A stretch of DNA of 64,000 bases from an uncultured bacterium (GCA_963710755.1 CAVQBK010000003.1:1376001-1440000), one strand, 5' to 3'; positions 37,704 through 48,242 are shown, numbered from the stretch's first letter. Numbers and translations are program-made. The notes: generated by a model from the letters alone, not told the origin.

Positions 37704-38645
37704 ATGGACCGGGCAGTCACCCTCTCGCAGAATCACATGGGGTCTCCCTTCATGCTGCGCGCTTATCCTGGCCAATTTGCCGGCAGCCGGGAGAGCCTGG
37801 CCAAAATCCTGGACCTGGCCATGGGGGAAGTGCGGCGGCTGGAAGGCCTTTTAACCGATTTTAAGCCAAGCCCTTTCAATAATATAAATGAGCAGGCGGG
37901 CCTGGCGCCAGTGGCGGTCAGCGATGAGATTTACGGGCTGATCAAATTTGCGCTTCAGGCCTCACGGGACAGCGAGGGCGCCTTTGATATCTCTTACGCA
38001 GCCGTAGGCCAACTGTGGCGGGAAGCGTTTAAAACCGGCATTCCTCCCCGGGAAAGCGAATTGACACAAAAGCGCAAGCTGGTGAATTACCGCCGCATTC
38101 TATTGGATGAAGGCAAAGGCACGGTATTTTTACCAGACCCCGGCATGCGTATTGGCCTGGGGGGGGTGGGTAAAGGCTACGCAGTGGACCGGGTCTACGA
38201 CATGCTGGTGCGCATGGGCGTGACCAACTTTGTGGTTGATGGCGCCGGTGACATCCGGGTTCATTCTTCAGCCAATGCGCCCCGGTCCTGGCATGTGGGG
38301 GTGCGCAATCCTCTGGCGCGCGACGCTCTTGCCATGGGCAGTATTTTGCTTTCCCAAGGGGCGGTGGCCACGTCTGGGGATTATGAACGCTATTTCAAAT
38401 TTCATGGTAAAAAAGTTCATCACATCATGGATGCGCGCACGTCGGAGATTCGGACCGACGTGGCCAGCGTCACCATCCTCGCACCCACGGCCTTGGCGGC
38501 CGATGTTTATGCCACCACGGCCATGGCTCTGGGCCTGCGTGATGGTGAGCAATTTATAAGGCGACGGCGGGATATCCGCGGCTTCATGGTGGCCAGTACG
38601 GGTAAAGTTATCCGGTGCCACGACCAAAAGGAGGTTGCAGTATGA
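37704..38645 (+). CDS. apbE: FAD:protein FMN transferase
   Basis: HMGS, GAFDIS, GGVGKGYAVD, GAGDI, VATSGDYERY and HHIMD. Confidence 0.93.
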   Translation: MDRAVTLSQNHMGSPFMLRAYPGQFAGSRESLAKILDLAMGEVRRLEGLLTDFKPSPFNNINEQAGLAPVAVSDEIYGLIKFALQASRDSEGAFDISYAAVGQLWREAFKTGIPPRESELTQKRKLVNYRRILLDEGKGTVFLPDPGMRIGLGGVGKGYAVDRVYDMLVRMGVTNFVVDGAGDIRVHSSANAPRSWHVGVRNPLARDALAMGSILLSQGAVATSGDYERYFKFHGKKVHHIMDARTSEIRTDVASVTILAPTALAADVYATTAMALGLRDGEQFIRRRRDIRGFMVASTGKVIRCHDQKEVAV

Positions 38646-39322
38646 ATGTCAGCTTTGAGCATGTCACCTGGGTGACCTATGTGGCTGTCTATGCCGCAGG
38701 GCTGGTGACATCCTTTACGCCTTGTATTTATCCTATCATCCCTATTGTGGTCGGATTTTTAGGGTCACGCCAGGGGAGCTTTGGCCACCGGGTTACGGCC
38801 TCCTTGGCTTATGCCCTGGGCTTGGCGATTGTCTATTCCAGTCTGGGCATGATTGCAGCGCTCACGGGCAATTTGTTCGGTTCCCTGACCACCAATCCCT
38901 GGATTTATTTGGGGTTTGGGGTTTTATTACTGGTTCTCGGCGGCAGCATGATGGAATGGTATGTCATCCCCTGGTTAAACGGGCAGGGGTTGGGCCCTGC
39001 CAAGAGCAGTACTTCTGTTTTTTGGGGACCACTGCTGGTGGGCGCCAGTTCAGGACTGGTGGCCTCTCCCTGTTCGGCGCCGGTGTTGGCCACCTTGCTG
39101 GTCTATGTCGCGTCCACTAAGGCTGTGGTGAATGGCGCTGTGTTGCTCTTTCTTTTTTCCCTGGGCATGAGTACCATCCTGTTGGCCATTGGTTTGTTCG
39201 CAGGCACAGCCAGCTTGCTTCCCAAGTCGGGGATGTGGATGGTCCGGGTTAAAAAAGGCATGGCGTTGATTATGATCGCTGCCGGGATCTATTTTATTTT
39301 TGCTGCCGGCAAATTAGCCTGA
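38642..39322 (+). CDS. ccdA: CcdA/DsbD-beta family thiol-disulfide transporter
   Basis: SFTPCIYP and ASPCSAP Cys pair, six TM helices, LPKSGMWM. Confidence 0.88.
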   Translation: MNVSFEHVTWVTYVAVYAAGLVTSFTPCIYPIIPIVVGFLGSRQGSFGHRVTASLAYALGLAIVYSSLGMIAALTGNLFGSLTTNPWIYLGFGVLLLVLGGSMMEWYVIPWLNGQGLGPAKSSTSVFWGPLLVGASSGLVASPCSAPVLATLLVYVASTKAVVNGAVLLFLFSLGMSTILLAIGLFAGTASLLPKSGMWMVRVKKGMALIMIAAGIYFIFAAGKLA

Positions 39323-39355
39323 GGATGTTATAAAAAAAGCAAAGGAGGCAAGACG

Positions 39356-39817
39356 ATGAAAGTAAGTAGTTTGTGGTTGGCTGCAGGGTTGGGGCTGGTG
39401 CTGGGACTGGCCACTTGGGCCGGTGCCGCTGAAGTTAAAGCCGGAGAGTTTACACTTTCTGATTTAAATGGCAAAACCTTCATCTCAAAAGATATGCTGG
39501 CCGGGAAAAGGGTGGTGATCAATTTTTGGGCGGCTTGGTGTTCCACCTGCAAGGAGGAAATTCCCCAGTTGCAAGAATTTCAAAAGAAAAATCAAGCAGA
39601 TGATGTCCTATTTATTGGGATAAATGTAGGGGACAAAGCCACCAAGGCCAAGAAGTTTCAAGACCGCTACCATTATCCTTATCTCGTGCTTCTGGACCGG
39701 GATAAATCGGTGACCAAGGGCTACGGTGTTACCAGTGTTCCTCAAACCTTGATTTTGGACAACCAAGGGGAAGTGGTTTTTCGCGGCTCCCGGCCACCCA
39801 AAGACATGCCTCACTAA
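39356..39817 (+). CDS. TlpA/ResA-like secreted thioredoxin
   Basis: Signal peptide, INFWAAWCSTC and YGVTSVP. Confidence 0.9.
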   Translation: MKVSSLWLAAGLGLVLGLATWAGAAEVKAGEFTLSDLNGKTFISKDMLAGKRVVINFWAAWCSTCKEEIPQLQEFQKKNQADDVLFIGINVGDKATKAKKFQDRYHYPYLVLLDRDKSVTKGYGVTSVPQTLILDNQGEVVFRGSRPPKDMPH

Positions 39818-39882
39818 AACGCGCAGGTACCGGCTGCTGAGTTCATAGGAGCAAGGCGCCTGCGTTTGTTAAGGGAGAGCGA

Positions 39883-41163
39883 ATGATGAAAGTACAGGAA
39901 CCCTTCCAACATCCTGAAGCCGGCAATGAAGGTCTGGCGCCTTTAAAGGGCTGGCACAAAACGTTTTCCGCCCTGCGCAATCCTAATTACCGCTATTTTT
40001 TTTCGGGGCAGTCGGTTTCCCTGATTGGGACCTGGGCACGTACTGCGGCCTTGGGCTGGGTGGCCTTTCAATTTTCCCACTCTGAATTATTACTGGGCAT
40101 TGTATTTATGCTCAACTACCTTCCGGTTTTTCTCTTGGCCGTTTATGCCGGTGCCTTGGCCGACCGTGTTCCCAAGATCAGAATTTTTATGGTGACCAGT
40201 TGGTTTGCCCTGCTTTCGTCTCTAACCTTGGCGGTGTTGCTGTTTCAAGGGCCGGTGCACATGGTTACCCTCATGATATTTGCCACGCTCTGGGGCTTGG
40301 CCTTAACCTTTGAAATGCCTGCCCGCCAAACCCTGATGGTGGAACTGGTAGGCAGAAAAGACCTGGTCAACGCCATTGCCCTCAACAGCGCCATGGTGAA
40401 TGGCGCACGGGTGGTTGGTCCGGCCATTGGCGGGCTGCTGCTGGCCTCAGTTGGAGCAGCCTGGTGCTTTGTCTGGGATGCGGCAAGTTATTTGGCCGTG
40501 CTTTACGCCCTGCATCGCATCAAACTGCCGGCGTCGCATTACACTCCCAAAAAAGTTAAACCCGACTGGCGCTATACCTTGGAAGGGTTCAACTATTTGA
40601 AGACGAGCCCCATTATCGCCCAGGCTGTGGCCATGTTATTGGTGGTGGGCGTGGGCGGGTGGGCGTACACGACCCAGCTGTCCGCTTTTGTGGTCACCCA
40701 ACTGCATTTGAATGCCCAAGCGTATGGCTGGCTTTTGGCGGTCAATGGATTGGGGGCATCCACGGCAGCCTTGCTGGTGGCTGCTCAGGGCACACGTCTG
40801 GTTCTGACCAAGACCCTTTATGCCGGGGCCGGTATCTATGCGGTTTTTATCATTCTTTTCGGATTGATGGTCCAGCCGGTGGGGGCCGCCTTTTTGATAT
40901 TCTTCGCCGGCTTTGGCATCATTCTGCTGTACTCCATAGGTAACAGCCTCATTCAAACCCAATCACCGGACCATCTGCGCGGCAGAATTATGGGGATTTG
41001 GGCCCTCGTGTTCGGCGGCAGTATGCCCATCGGCAGTTTGTGGATGGGCTGGGTGGCCACCCATACGTCTTCCGGTTTTGCCCTGCAAGTGGGCGGGCTT
41101 TTTTGTATCCTCGGTGCGTTGACCGTGTTTTGGTTTTTGGGGCGAAGCCCTTCGGCTTCTTAA
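39883..41163 (+). CDS. MFS transporter (DUF894/MFS_3 type)
   Basis: GQSVSLIGTW, AGALADR, PARQ and NAIALNS; about 12 TM helices. Confidence 0.9.
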   Translation: MMKVQEPFQHPEAGNEGLAPLKGWHKTFSALRNPNYRYFFSGQSVSLIGTWARTAALGWVAFQFSHSELLLGIVFMLNYLPVFLLAVYAGALADRVPKIRIFMVTSWFALLSSLTLAVLLFQGPVHMVTLMIFATLWGLALTFEMPARQTLMVELVGRKDLVNAIALNSAMVNGARVVGPAIGGLLLASVGAAWCFVWDAASYLAVLYALHRIKLPASHYTPKKVKPDWRYTLEGFNYLKTSPIIAQAVAMLLVVGVGGWAYTTQLSAFVVTQLHLNAQAYGWLLAVNGLGASTAALLVAAQGTRLVLTKTLYAGAGIYAVFIILFGLMVQPVGAAFLIFFAGFGIILLYSIGNSLIQTQSPDHLRGRIMGIWALVFGGSMPIGSLWMGWVATHTSSGFALQVGGLFCILGALTVFWFLGRSPSAS

Positions 41164-41181
41164 TATCATCAACCTTGCCGT

Positions 41182-41273
41182 ATCCTACCGTCACCGCTGG
41201 GCAGTGTGGGACGAATCACCTGACCGCGACAAAGTGGCGGTTTTTAATAGGTCCCCGCTGTCAACGGTGGGAT
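41182..41273. repeat. Long irregular intergenic hairpin
   Basis: Nested arms ATCCTACCGT/ACGGTGGGAT, GGCAGTG/CGCTGTC, GGGAC/GTCCC and ACCGC/GCGGT. Confidence 0.5.
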
Positions 41274-41402
41274 GACGCAGAAATGAAAATAATGAACTTC
41301 TTCCTTTTCCATCAAAATACACCGCAATGAATTAAGCGGTATTTTATACCCCTTTGCGTTAAAATACCCCTGTGGTTACCTTGAACTGAGGGAGGTCTTC
41401 CC

Positions 41403-42317
41403 ATGGCACTCATTCGTAAAATACGTAAAGTATTTAAAAGCAAGCCTACCTTGGAAGGGGCGGGGGTGCATCTACGGCGGGTCTTTGGGAACGCCGAAGT
41501 GCCACTTTTTGACCCGTTTTTACTGCTCGACGATTTTCGAAATACCGATCCCCGCCATTATATCAAAGGCTTTCCTTGGCATCCTCATCGGGGTATTGAA
41601 ACCATCACCTATGTTTTGCAAGGTGAAGTAGATCACGGTGACAGCATGGGCAACAAAGGCACCATCGGCGCCGGAGATACGCAATGGATGACCGCCGGCA
41701 GCGGTATCATTCATCAGGAAATGCCCCGTGGTGATAGTAAGGGTACCATGGAAGGATTTCAGCTTTGGGCAAACCTGCCCAAGTCCCACAAAATGATGCC
41801 GCCCCGTTACCGCGATATTAAGAGTGCCCAGGTTCCGGAAGTGGTCAAGGACCATGGCGTCAAGATCAAGGTGATCTGCGGCACCGTGGACGGACAACAC
41901 GGCCCGGTCAAAGATGTGGTCATTGATCCTGAATACCTTGATATTACAGTGCCACCTGACACTCCGTTTGAGCACAAGACTGTGCGTGGCCATACGGTTT
42001 TTGTTTATGTCATTGGCGGGAAGGCCGTCTTTTGCAATGAGAAAAATGCCTTTGCCTATGATGTGGAAGGTGCCAATTATTTTGATATGGACCGCGATGC
42101 TTTTATAACCAACGGCACGGCTGTCCTTTTTGAAGATGGTGATCAGATTACGGTGACCACCCAGGGAGAAGGGGTGCGTTTTTTGTTCATCTCAGGCCGG
42201 CCGCTTCACGAACCTGTGGCCTGGTACGGCCCCATAGTGATGAATTCGGAGGAAGAACTACGCACGGCCTTTGAAGAATATCAAGACGGCACGTTTATTA
42301 AACCCACTATGGCTTAA
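41403..42317 (+). CDS. Pirin-family protein
   Basis: EGAGV, DPFLLLD, WHPHRGIET, WMTAGSGIIHQE and QLWANLP. Confidence 0.93.
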   Translation: MALIRKIRKVFKSKPTLEGAGVHLRRVFGNAEVPLFDPFLLLDDFRNTDPRHYIKGFPWHPHRGIETITYVLQGEVDHGDSMGNKGTIGAGDTQWMTAGSGIIHQEMPRGDSKGTMEGFQLWANLPKSHKMMPPRYRDIKSAQVPEVVKDHGVKIKVICGTVDGQHGPVKDVVIDPEYLDITVPPDTPFEHKTVRGHTVFVYVIGGKAVFCNEKNAFAYDVEGANYFDMDRDAFITNGTAVLFEDGDQITVTTQGEGVRFLFISGRPLHEPVAWYGPIVMNSEEELRTAFEEYQDGTFIKPTMA

Positions 42318-42616
42318 TGCAACCGGGCACAGGATCCTTTTGAGGATGTCGGCTCACCTCAAGCCATAAGTATAAAGATAAGGGATGATTTCTAATAAGC
42401 AAGCGCTTACCTTCAATAGTATTGCAAGATAAAAAACATCAATAACCACTAGACCTTGTCCTTCAGGAGAAAAGCTTCGCAGGAATGCAATTAACTCAGG
42501 TTGACAAAGCTGTAGCGCGCCGTCTATAAAAGTTATAGCACATCTGGCATATATCCCGCACCGCCCAGAGTGTGGAAAGGCCAAAAGGGGATGTCGAGGG
42601 AAGGTTCATTTTAACC

Positions 42617-43429
42617 ATGTTAGCCTTTATTCAAAACTTATCACCTATCATGCAAGCCCTGGTGGCGGGGATCTTTACGTGGAGCATTACCGCCATCGGT
42701 GCGGCGGCGGTATTTACCACCGGCACTTTTAACCAAAAAATGCTGGATGGTATGCTTGGTTTGGCCGGCGGGGTCATGATGGCAGCCAGTTTCTGGTCTT
42801 TGCTGGCGCCGGCCATTGAAATGGCCCAGGACGGCCCACTGGCAGCCTGGATTCCGGCAGCGGTGGGATTTTTATTGGGCGCCCTCTTTTTACGTGGGCT
42901 CGATTTGGTTTTGCCCCATTTACATGTTGGCTATCCCATGGATGAGGCGGAAGGTATTAAAACTTCCTGGAGACGGAGTACCTTATTGGTGTTGGCCATC
43001 ACCTTGCACAATATTCCGGAAGGGTTGGCTATTGGGGTGGCTTTTGGGGCCTTGGGCGCCGGTTTTCCGGGGGCCACCTTGACGGGAGCTGTTGCTCTGG
43101 CCATAGGCATTGGCATTCAGAATTTTCCGGAAGGCTTCGCAGTATCGGTTCCGCTCAGACGGGAAGGCATGTCCCGTTTTAAAAGTTTTTGGTACGGCCA
43201 GTTGTCGGCGGTGGTGGAACCGATAGCCAGTTTGATCGGCGCAGGCGCTGTGCTGGTAGCCAAACCTTTATTGCCTTATGCCTTGGCCTTTGCCGCCGGG
43301 GCCATGATCTTTGTGGTGGTGGAAGAAGTGATTCCCGAATCCCAGCGTCATGGTCATACGGAAATTGCCACCGGGGGCGCCATCGCCGGCTTTCTAATCA
43401 TGATGATCCTGGACGTGGCTCTGGGTTGA
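42617..43429 (+). CDS. ZIP-family metal transporter (GufA/ZupT-like)
   Basis: [14 protein letters not shown] and EEVIPE. Confidence 0.92.
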   Translation: MLAFIQNLSPIMQALVAGIFTWSITAIGAAAVFTTGTFNQKMLDGMLGLAGGVMMAASFWSLLAPAIEMAQDGPLAAWIPAAVGFLLGALFLRGLDLVLPHLHVGYPMDEAEGIKTSWRRSTLLVLAITLHNIPEGLAIGVAFGALGAGFPGATLTGAVALAIGIGIQNFPEGFAVSVPLRREGMSRFKSFWYGQLSAVVEPIASLIGAGAVLVAKPLLPYALAFAAGAMIFVVVEEVIPESQRHGHTEIATGGAIAGFLIMMILDVALG

Positions 43430-43502
43430 ACCGGGGTGCTCATTTAAAAACCTACCTTAATCCATCGAATGCTTTTTTCACCCAACTATAAAAAAGACGC
43501 AT

Positions 43503-44530
43503 TCAGCGAATGGCCACTTTCAGTTTGGCAAGCTGGTGGTTGTTTTGTACGATGCAGGCCAGGTAAATGCCGGGGCGGACCTGATGGCAATCCCAGCGCA
43601 TGGGGTGAGTCCCCTGATTAAGATGATCGTTGAGGACAGTCACCACTTCGCCGGCTATATTACAGATGATCACCTTGACGTCTCCTGCCTGGGGAACCTC
43701 TACTAGGAAGGTCATGCTTTCTGAGGTAGGATTGGGATAAGCCAGGGCAGGTTTACCCCAGAACACCTCCGGCAGAGGAATAGTTGGTGTTGGCGTAGGG
43801 GTGATGCTGGCCATGGGCGTCATGGTTGGCGTCGGCGTGAACGTCACCGCGGCTGTTAGCGTGTTGCCGGGCGTGCTGGTGGGTTCCACGGTGGCCGTCA
43901 AATTAGGCGTGCCTGTGGGGTTGACAATGGCCGTGGTGTTTGGCGTAGGCGTCGGAGAGAGGGATGGTCCATTCAGAAGCTGAGCCAGCTGTTCGCGGGC
44001 AGCTTCCCAAACATCAGGATCATCAAACCAGCTGATGTTCGTCAGCACCCAGGTGGGATCATTGACATCGGTGACGCCATATTCCCAAAGGACTTTGGGA
44101 ATAACGCTTTGTACAATAGCCTGGACCTGGCTGGGAATGACCTGGCTGGCTATCGTGAGGTAATCGTGATCCTGAATACCGCGGTGCCATTGCCGCTGGT
44201 TGCCGTGGAGTGAATAGCGGCACCACCTGGTCCGGTCAAGGTATCAAAGACAACTTATACACCAGAGGCTTCCTGAGAAGCAGCTTCCAGCACGAGATTG
44301 AAATTCACCACCTTATTGCGCCCGCCGAAGATCTTGATGGTCGTACCATCCCAACAATGGTTTAACACCTTGCGTCCATTGGGCGCGCCTACACGCAGTT
44401 CCTCCTGGGTTACCTTGTCGCCGCTGTCATTGGCCCAAATAGTGCTAATACCGGCAAAACTAAAGGAAGGAAGGATCATGACGAGGAGTGGCACAGGCAA
44501 CCCAAAAAAGGTTTTTAACTTCATGGCCAT
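43503..44530 (-). pseudogene. Internally deleted secreted DUF4091/GH123-like protein with Pro/Thr linker and C-terminal sorting-like Ig domain
   Basis: Signal peptide plus IWANDSGDKV...IFGGRNKVVNFNLVLEA stops at 44255. The sequence resumes near 44200 with WHRGIQDHDYL, then PT repeats and AYPNP...PGIY. The catalytic core is absent. Confidence 0.65.
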
Positions 44531-44842
44531 AGTCCCTCACCGTGATTTAGTGGAAGGAAAGGATAAGGTGAAAATTCTGCCCATACTCTAGCATAGTTTG
44601 AGGATGAAAGTCGTCCGATCAAAGAAAATATCGGAAGCGGTTGGTTGGTAAGTTGACCTTGACGATTTATGATTTTATCAATCTTTGCTGACCAACCAGT
44701 GTGGGGCTGAGACAGATCGCAAGATGGGGCAGACAATGGTGGCGTCGGTGGGTAGGTTAAGGCTTTGGGAAGGTTGGGATAAAGATAAAGTGAAATAATC
44801 ATCACTCTTTTACTCAAGCAACCTTGGCCAAAAGATAATCGT

Positions 44843-45085
44843 TCATTTTTCCTTTAACTGATAATGGGTAGCAATCTCCTCAATACTATCCATGGAGTTG
44901 GGAAGAATGTCTTGAGGACATTGACCATATTTGGAAGCTACTTGCCATCTTTTGCAAGCATTTCGTCCTTCCGCCCCTTTGGTACAGTAATTCAAACGAT
45001 ACAGGTTGGAGATTTTTTCTTTTCCTTTTAGAACACCACCATATATTGGACATTTTTCATTCATGGGGCAAATGTCACTCATCAC
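44843..45085 (-). CDS. Small Cys-rich hypothetical protein
   Basis: CPMNEKCPIY...YC...ACKR...CP..ILPN with SD GGAGG upstream. Confidence 0.65.
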   Translation of the reverse strand: MMSDICPMNEKCPIYGGVLKGKEKISNLYRLNYCTKGAEGRNACKRWQVASKYGQCPQDILPNSMDSIEEIATHYQLKEK

Positions 45086-45513
45086 ATTCCTCCGACAATT
45101 GTAGTATAAATAATCATATTAATATAATACACAATTAATGAATAATAATATAAATAAAAAATAAAATTAATACAATATTAAAATTATATTGTTAAACCAT
45201 AATTCCTTGAATTTTGTCTTGATTTACCCCTCCGGTTAGGTCATATCATTCTGCAAGAGGTAAGCAGCATTCAAAGGGTTTCCAACAACAGCCCTCCAGA
45301 ATTGAAATGAATTAAATTCAAGATCGCTTTGTTGTTTAGCGCCTTGCCATGAGGAGGAGATCTTTTTAATCACCTTAGTCAGGTTTTGGTTAGGATAAGT
45401 AGATCAATTCTTTACCGATACGGTAAAATTGTTCATAATAAAGGCGCGGTGGACAAACTGAGCCACTTCTACTTTGGGGTTAAGAGCATATAATTTCAGT
45501 TTCGGGAGGTGAA

Positions 45514-45993
45514 ATGATGGGCACTCAACACTATGCAACGATTGACGAGTACATTGCCGTTCAACCGCCATCGGTCCGTCCTCTCATGGAAAAAATGAGA
45601 TCAGTGATCCATGCCGCCGCGCCGGAGAGTGAAGAAACCTTCGGCTATGGTGTGCCTGCTTTCCGACAAAAGGGAGTTCTGGTTTATTTCGCCGCGTTTA
45701 AAAATCATATTGGTTTTTATCCTACGGCTTCGGGGATCAAAGCTTTTGCCAAGGACTTGGCCTCTTATGATACTTCCGAAGGGACGGTGAGATTTCCACT
45801 GGATAAGGCCATGCCTTATGACCTGGTGACGAAGATGGTCAAATTCCGCGTCAAAGAGAATTTGCATAAAGCTGTCCTGAAAAAATCGTCTCAAGTTGCA
45901 TCTAAAACTAAGGCTGCACGGACTGCCGTTAAAAGGGGTCAAGATAGCAAGCGTTCTGGAAAAAACAATAAAGCGATGGCCAAAAAGTATTAA
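45514..45993 (+). CDS. DUF1801 (YdhG-like) protein
   Basis: TIDEYI, YGVPAF, FAAFKNHIGFYP and GTVRFPLD. Confidence 0.88.
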   Translation: MMGTQHYATIDEYIAVQPPSVRPLMEKMRSVIHAAAPESEETFGYGVPAFRQKGVLVYFAAFKNHIGFYPTASGIKAFAKDLASYDTSEGTVRFPLDKAMPYDLVTKMVKFRVKENLHKAVLKKSSQVASKTKAARTAVKRGQDSKRSGKNNKAMAKKY

Positions 45994-46065
45994 AGGCTAG
46001 ACGGCTAAGGCGGAAGTCCAAGATCATGGGGGTAATTAGAGATCAAAGCAATAAGGAGGCGGAAG

Positions 46066-46992
46066 ATGAGTAAACAGCTATGGACACTGGCAAATATGCC
46101 TGATTTGAAAGGCAAGATCATGATCGTTACCGGGGCCAACAGCGGTCTGGGGTTGGAGGCCACCAAAGCCTTAGCCGCCAAAGGTGCCCATGTGGTGATG
46201 GCCTGCCGCAATCTTGCCAGGGCCGAACAGGCCAAAACAAAAATTATTAGCACATATCCTCAAGCTGAACTAAAGCCCATGGCCTTGGACCTGATGGACT
46301 TAGCCTCAATTAAAACCTTTGCCACACAATTTCAAAGTACCTATAAACGGCTGGATGTGCTTCTGAACAATGCAGGCATTATGATGGTGCCTTATGGGCT
46401 GACCAAGAATGGTTTTGAAAGCCAGCTGGGCACCAACCATCTCGGCCATTTTGTTCTGACCGGACTGCTCTTGCCCGTGCTTTTTGATACACCGCAAGCG
46501 AGGGTGGTCAATGTAGCCAGCATGGCCCACCGCTTTGGAAAAATGGATTTTAACAACCTGCAATTTGCCGGCGGCAAAGGTTATTCATCCATGCGGGCCT
46601 ATGGCCGGTCCAAACTGGCCAACCTTTTGTTTACCTATGAATTGCAACGTTACTTTGAAACGCAGGGTAAAAATTGCCTGGCCGTGGCCGCCCACCCCGG
46701 TGTGGCCAATACCCATCTGGCCAGATCATTGGAGCACAAATGGTGGTACAAGGTTTTCAGACCTTTGGCTGACCAAATAATGCAGGATGCAGCCACAGGG
46801 GCGCTGCCGGAAATACGGGCGGCTGTGGACCCCGAGGTCAAGGGCGGACAGTACTATGGTCCCAAAGGCTTTAGAGAGATGGCCGGCCTGCCTGTGCTGG
46901 TGTCGTCCAACGCGGCCTCGCACAGCCTGGAAGATGCCCAACGGTTATGGCAAATTTCCGAGGAATTAACGGGTGTGGCCTATCCCCGATAA
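46066..46992 (+). CDS. SDR oxidoreductase (retinol dehydrogenase-like)
   Basis: TGANSGLG, NNAG, TNHLGHF and YGRSK. Confidence 0.93.
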   Translation: MSKQLWTLANMPDLKGKIMIVTGANSGLGLEATKALAAKGAHVVMACRNLARAEQAKTKIISTYPQAELKPMALDLMDLASIKTFATQFQSTYKRLDVLLNNAGIMMVPYGLTKNGFESQLGTNHLGHFVLTGLLLPVLFDTPQARVVNVASMAHRFGKMDFNNLQFAGGKGYSSMRAYGRSKLANLLFTYELQRYFETQGKNCLAVAAHPGVANTHLARSLEHKWWYKVFRPLADQIMQDAATGALPEIRAAVDPEVKGGQYYGPKGFREMAGLPVLVSSNAASHSLEDAQRLWQISEELTGVAYPR

Positions 46993-47066
46993 AAAATCGG
47001 TTTGATATAAGGACCCAGTTGGTTGAGGTGGGGGCTAAAGGTTTGCCCTAAGCCTTGGACGGTCAA

Positions 47067-47096
47067 TGTAGGGCACAGGCATGTCGGTACCCTACA
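47067..47096. repeat. GTAG-type REP-like palindrome
   Basis: TGTAGGGCAC...GTACCCTACA between convergent genes. Confidence 0.6.
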
Positions 47097-47170
47097 AAGG
47101 CATTTATTTCGATGCTGCATAACGAATTATTTTAGGGTCTTTCGACCAAAGCAGTCTTTCCGAGAAGAAC

Positions 47171-47521
47171 CTAGTTATAAAAATTAGTCCCTTGGTCATG
47201 ACTTAATTTTTCCCGCCAGATGGCTTTAAGCGTGGCCAGATCCTCGCTGTAATCGGTTTTGCTTTCATCCTTGGCATAGGGCAGTTGGTCGAGGACCTCG
47301 AATTGAAAAGCAGCCTTATTGCTTTTCCAGGCTTGTTGCAACGCCTGATTGGGATGATTGCCGAAATCCAATTGGAACTTGGCCCGGTTAAAAGTACTCT
47401 TAAGGTCACTGCTGGCTTCGAGAAAACAGGTGTTGGTCTCGCTGTTTTTGATAACATAGACACCCATGTCGGGCTTCATCTGCTTGTATTTTTCCTTCAG
47501 CTCTTTATGCCGTTGGTTCAC
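47171..47521 (-). CDS. GIY-YIG superfamily small protein
   Basis: ELKEKYKQ, MGVYVIKN, FQLDFGNHPN..LQ..W and FQFEVLD. Confidence 0.8.
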   Translation of the reverse strand: MNQRHKELKEKYKQMKPDMGVYVIKNSETNTCFLEASSDLKSTFNRAKFQLDFGNHPNQALQQAWKSNKAAFQFEVLDQLPYAKDESKTDYSEDLATLKAIWREKLSHDQGTNFYN

Positions 47522-47726
47522 GCGGTATTCACCTTTCCACCCCAAGGGTATAGGTTGTGAGCAGGATGGTCTTGATTATGGACCACCGTGATCGCCTTTG
47601 TCCATCTTCATTTCAAAACACAATTAAGAGGTAAAATAAAACCAGTTCCTTTATAATAGTGTGACACCAACAGGGTAATAGACCATAGTCACCGATTGCC
47701 GATGTCAGCAACAAGGGGAGGAGCAC

Positions 47727-48242
47727 ATGAAGGCTATGACAAGATGGTCAAGCGCTCTGGTGCTGTTAATGCTTACGGCTTGTGCCTATAATCCTGCCTT
47801 GATTCACCAAACTGCGGCACCCGAAGACGTAGCCGTTAAATTCTGGGAATATAACTTTCATCAGGAATTTGAAAAAGCCTATTATTTGTTAGGCCGTGAT
47901 TTGCGGCAGCAAACGTCTAAAGATGCCTATATGGCCTCCATGAAATTATTGTTCATCGGACTGGCCACCGCCTATGGTAACAATAATCAACAATTTTTTA
48001 AAAGCCTTATGAAAAGCATTAAGTTTAAGGCCGTTGAGACTAAACTCTCGGCTGTGCTGGCTAAAGTCAAAGTGGCTTCCGACCTCAGCAGCTTTTTGGT
48101 ATTCACCACTCAGGACAAGGTGGAGGCCATGGAAAAAGACATCGGGTATTTCAACGTCATTCTCAGCCGGGACGAGTTGGAAGGTTGGCGTATCCAGATG
48201 ATGGATCAACAAGAGGAAGAAATTGATGAAAACACTATATAA
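47727..48242 (+). CDS. Hypothetical lipoprotein (NTF2-like fold suspected)
   Basis: Lipobox LTAC, PEDVAVKF, FEKAYYLL and GWRI. SD GGGGAG upstream. Confidence 0.65.
   Translation: MKAMTRWSSALVLLMLTACAYNPALIHQTAAPEDVAVKFWEYNFHQEFEKAYYLLGRDLRQQTSKDAYMASMKLLFIGLATAYGNNNQQFFKSLMKSIKFKAVETKLSAVLAKVKVASDLSSFLVFTTQDKVEAMEKDIGYFNVILSRDELEGWRIQMMDQQEEEIDENTI

Noticed and set aside
41182-41273. SRP (4.5S) RNA
   Set aside because: The minus strand has GGTCAGGT but lacks the conserved CCGGAAGG-AGCAG helix-8 motif.
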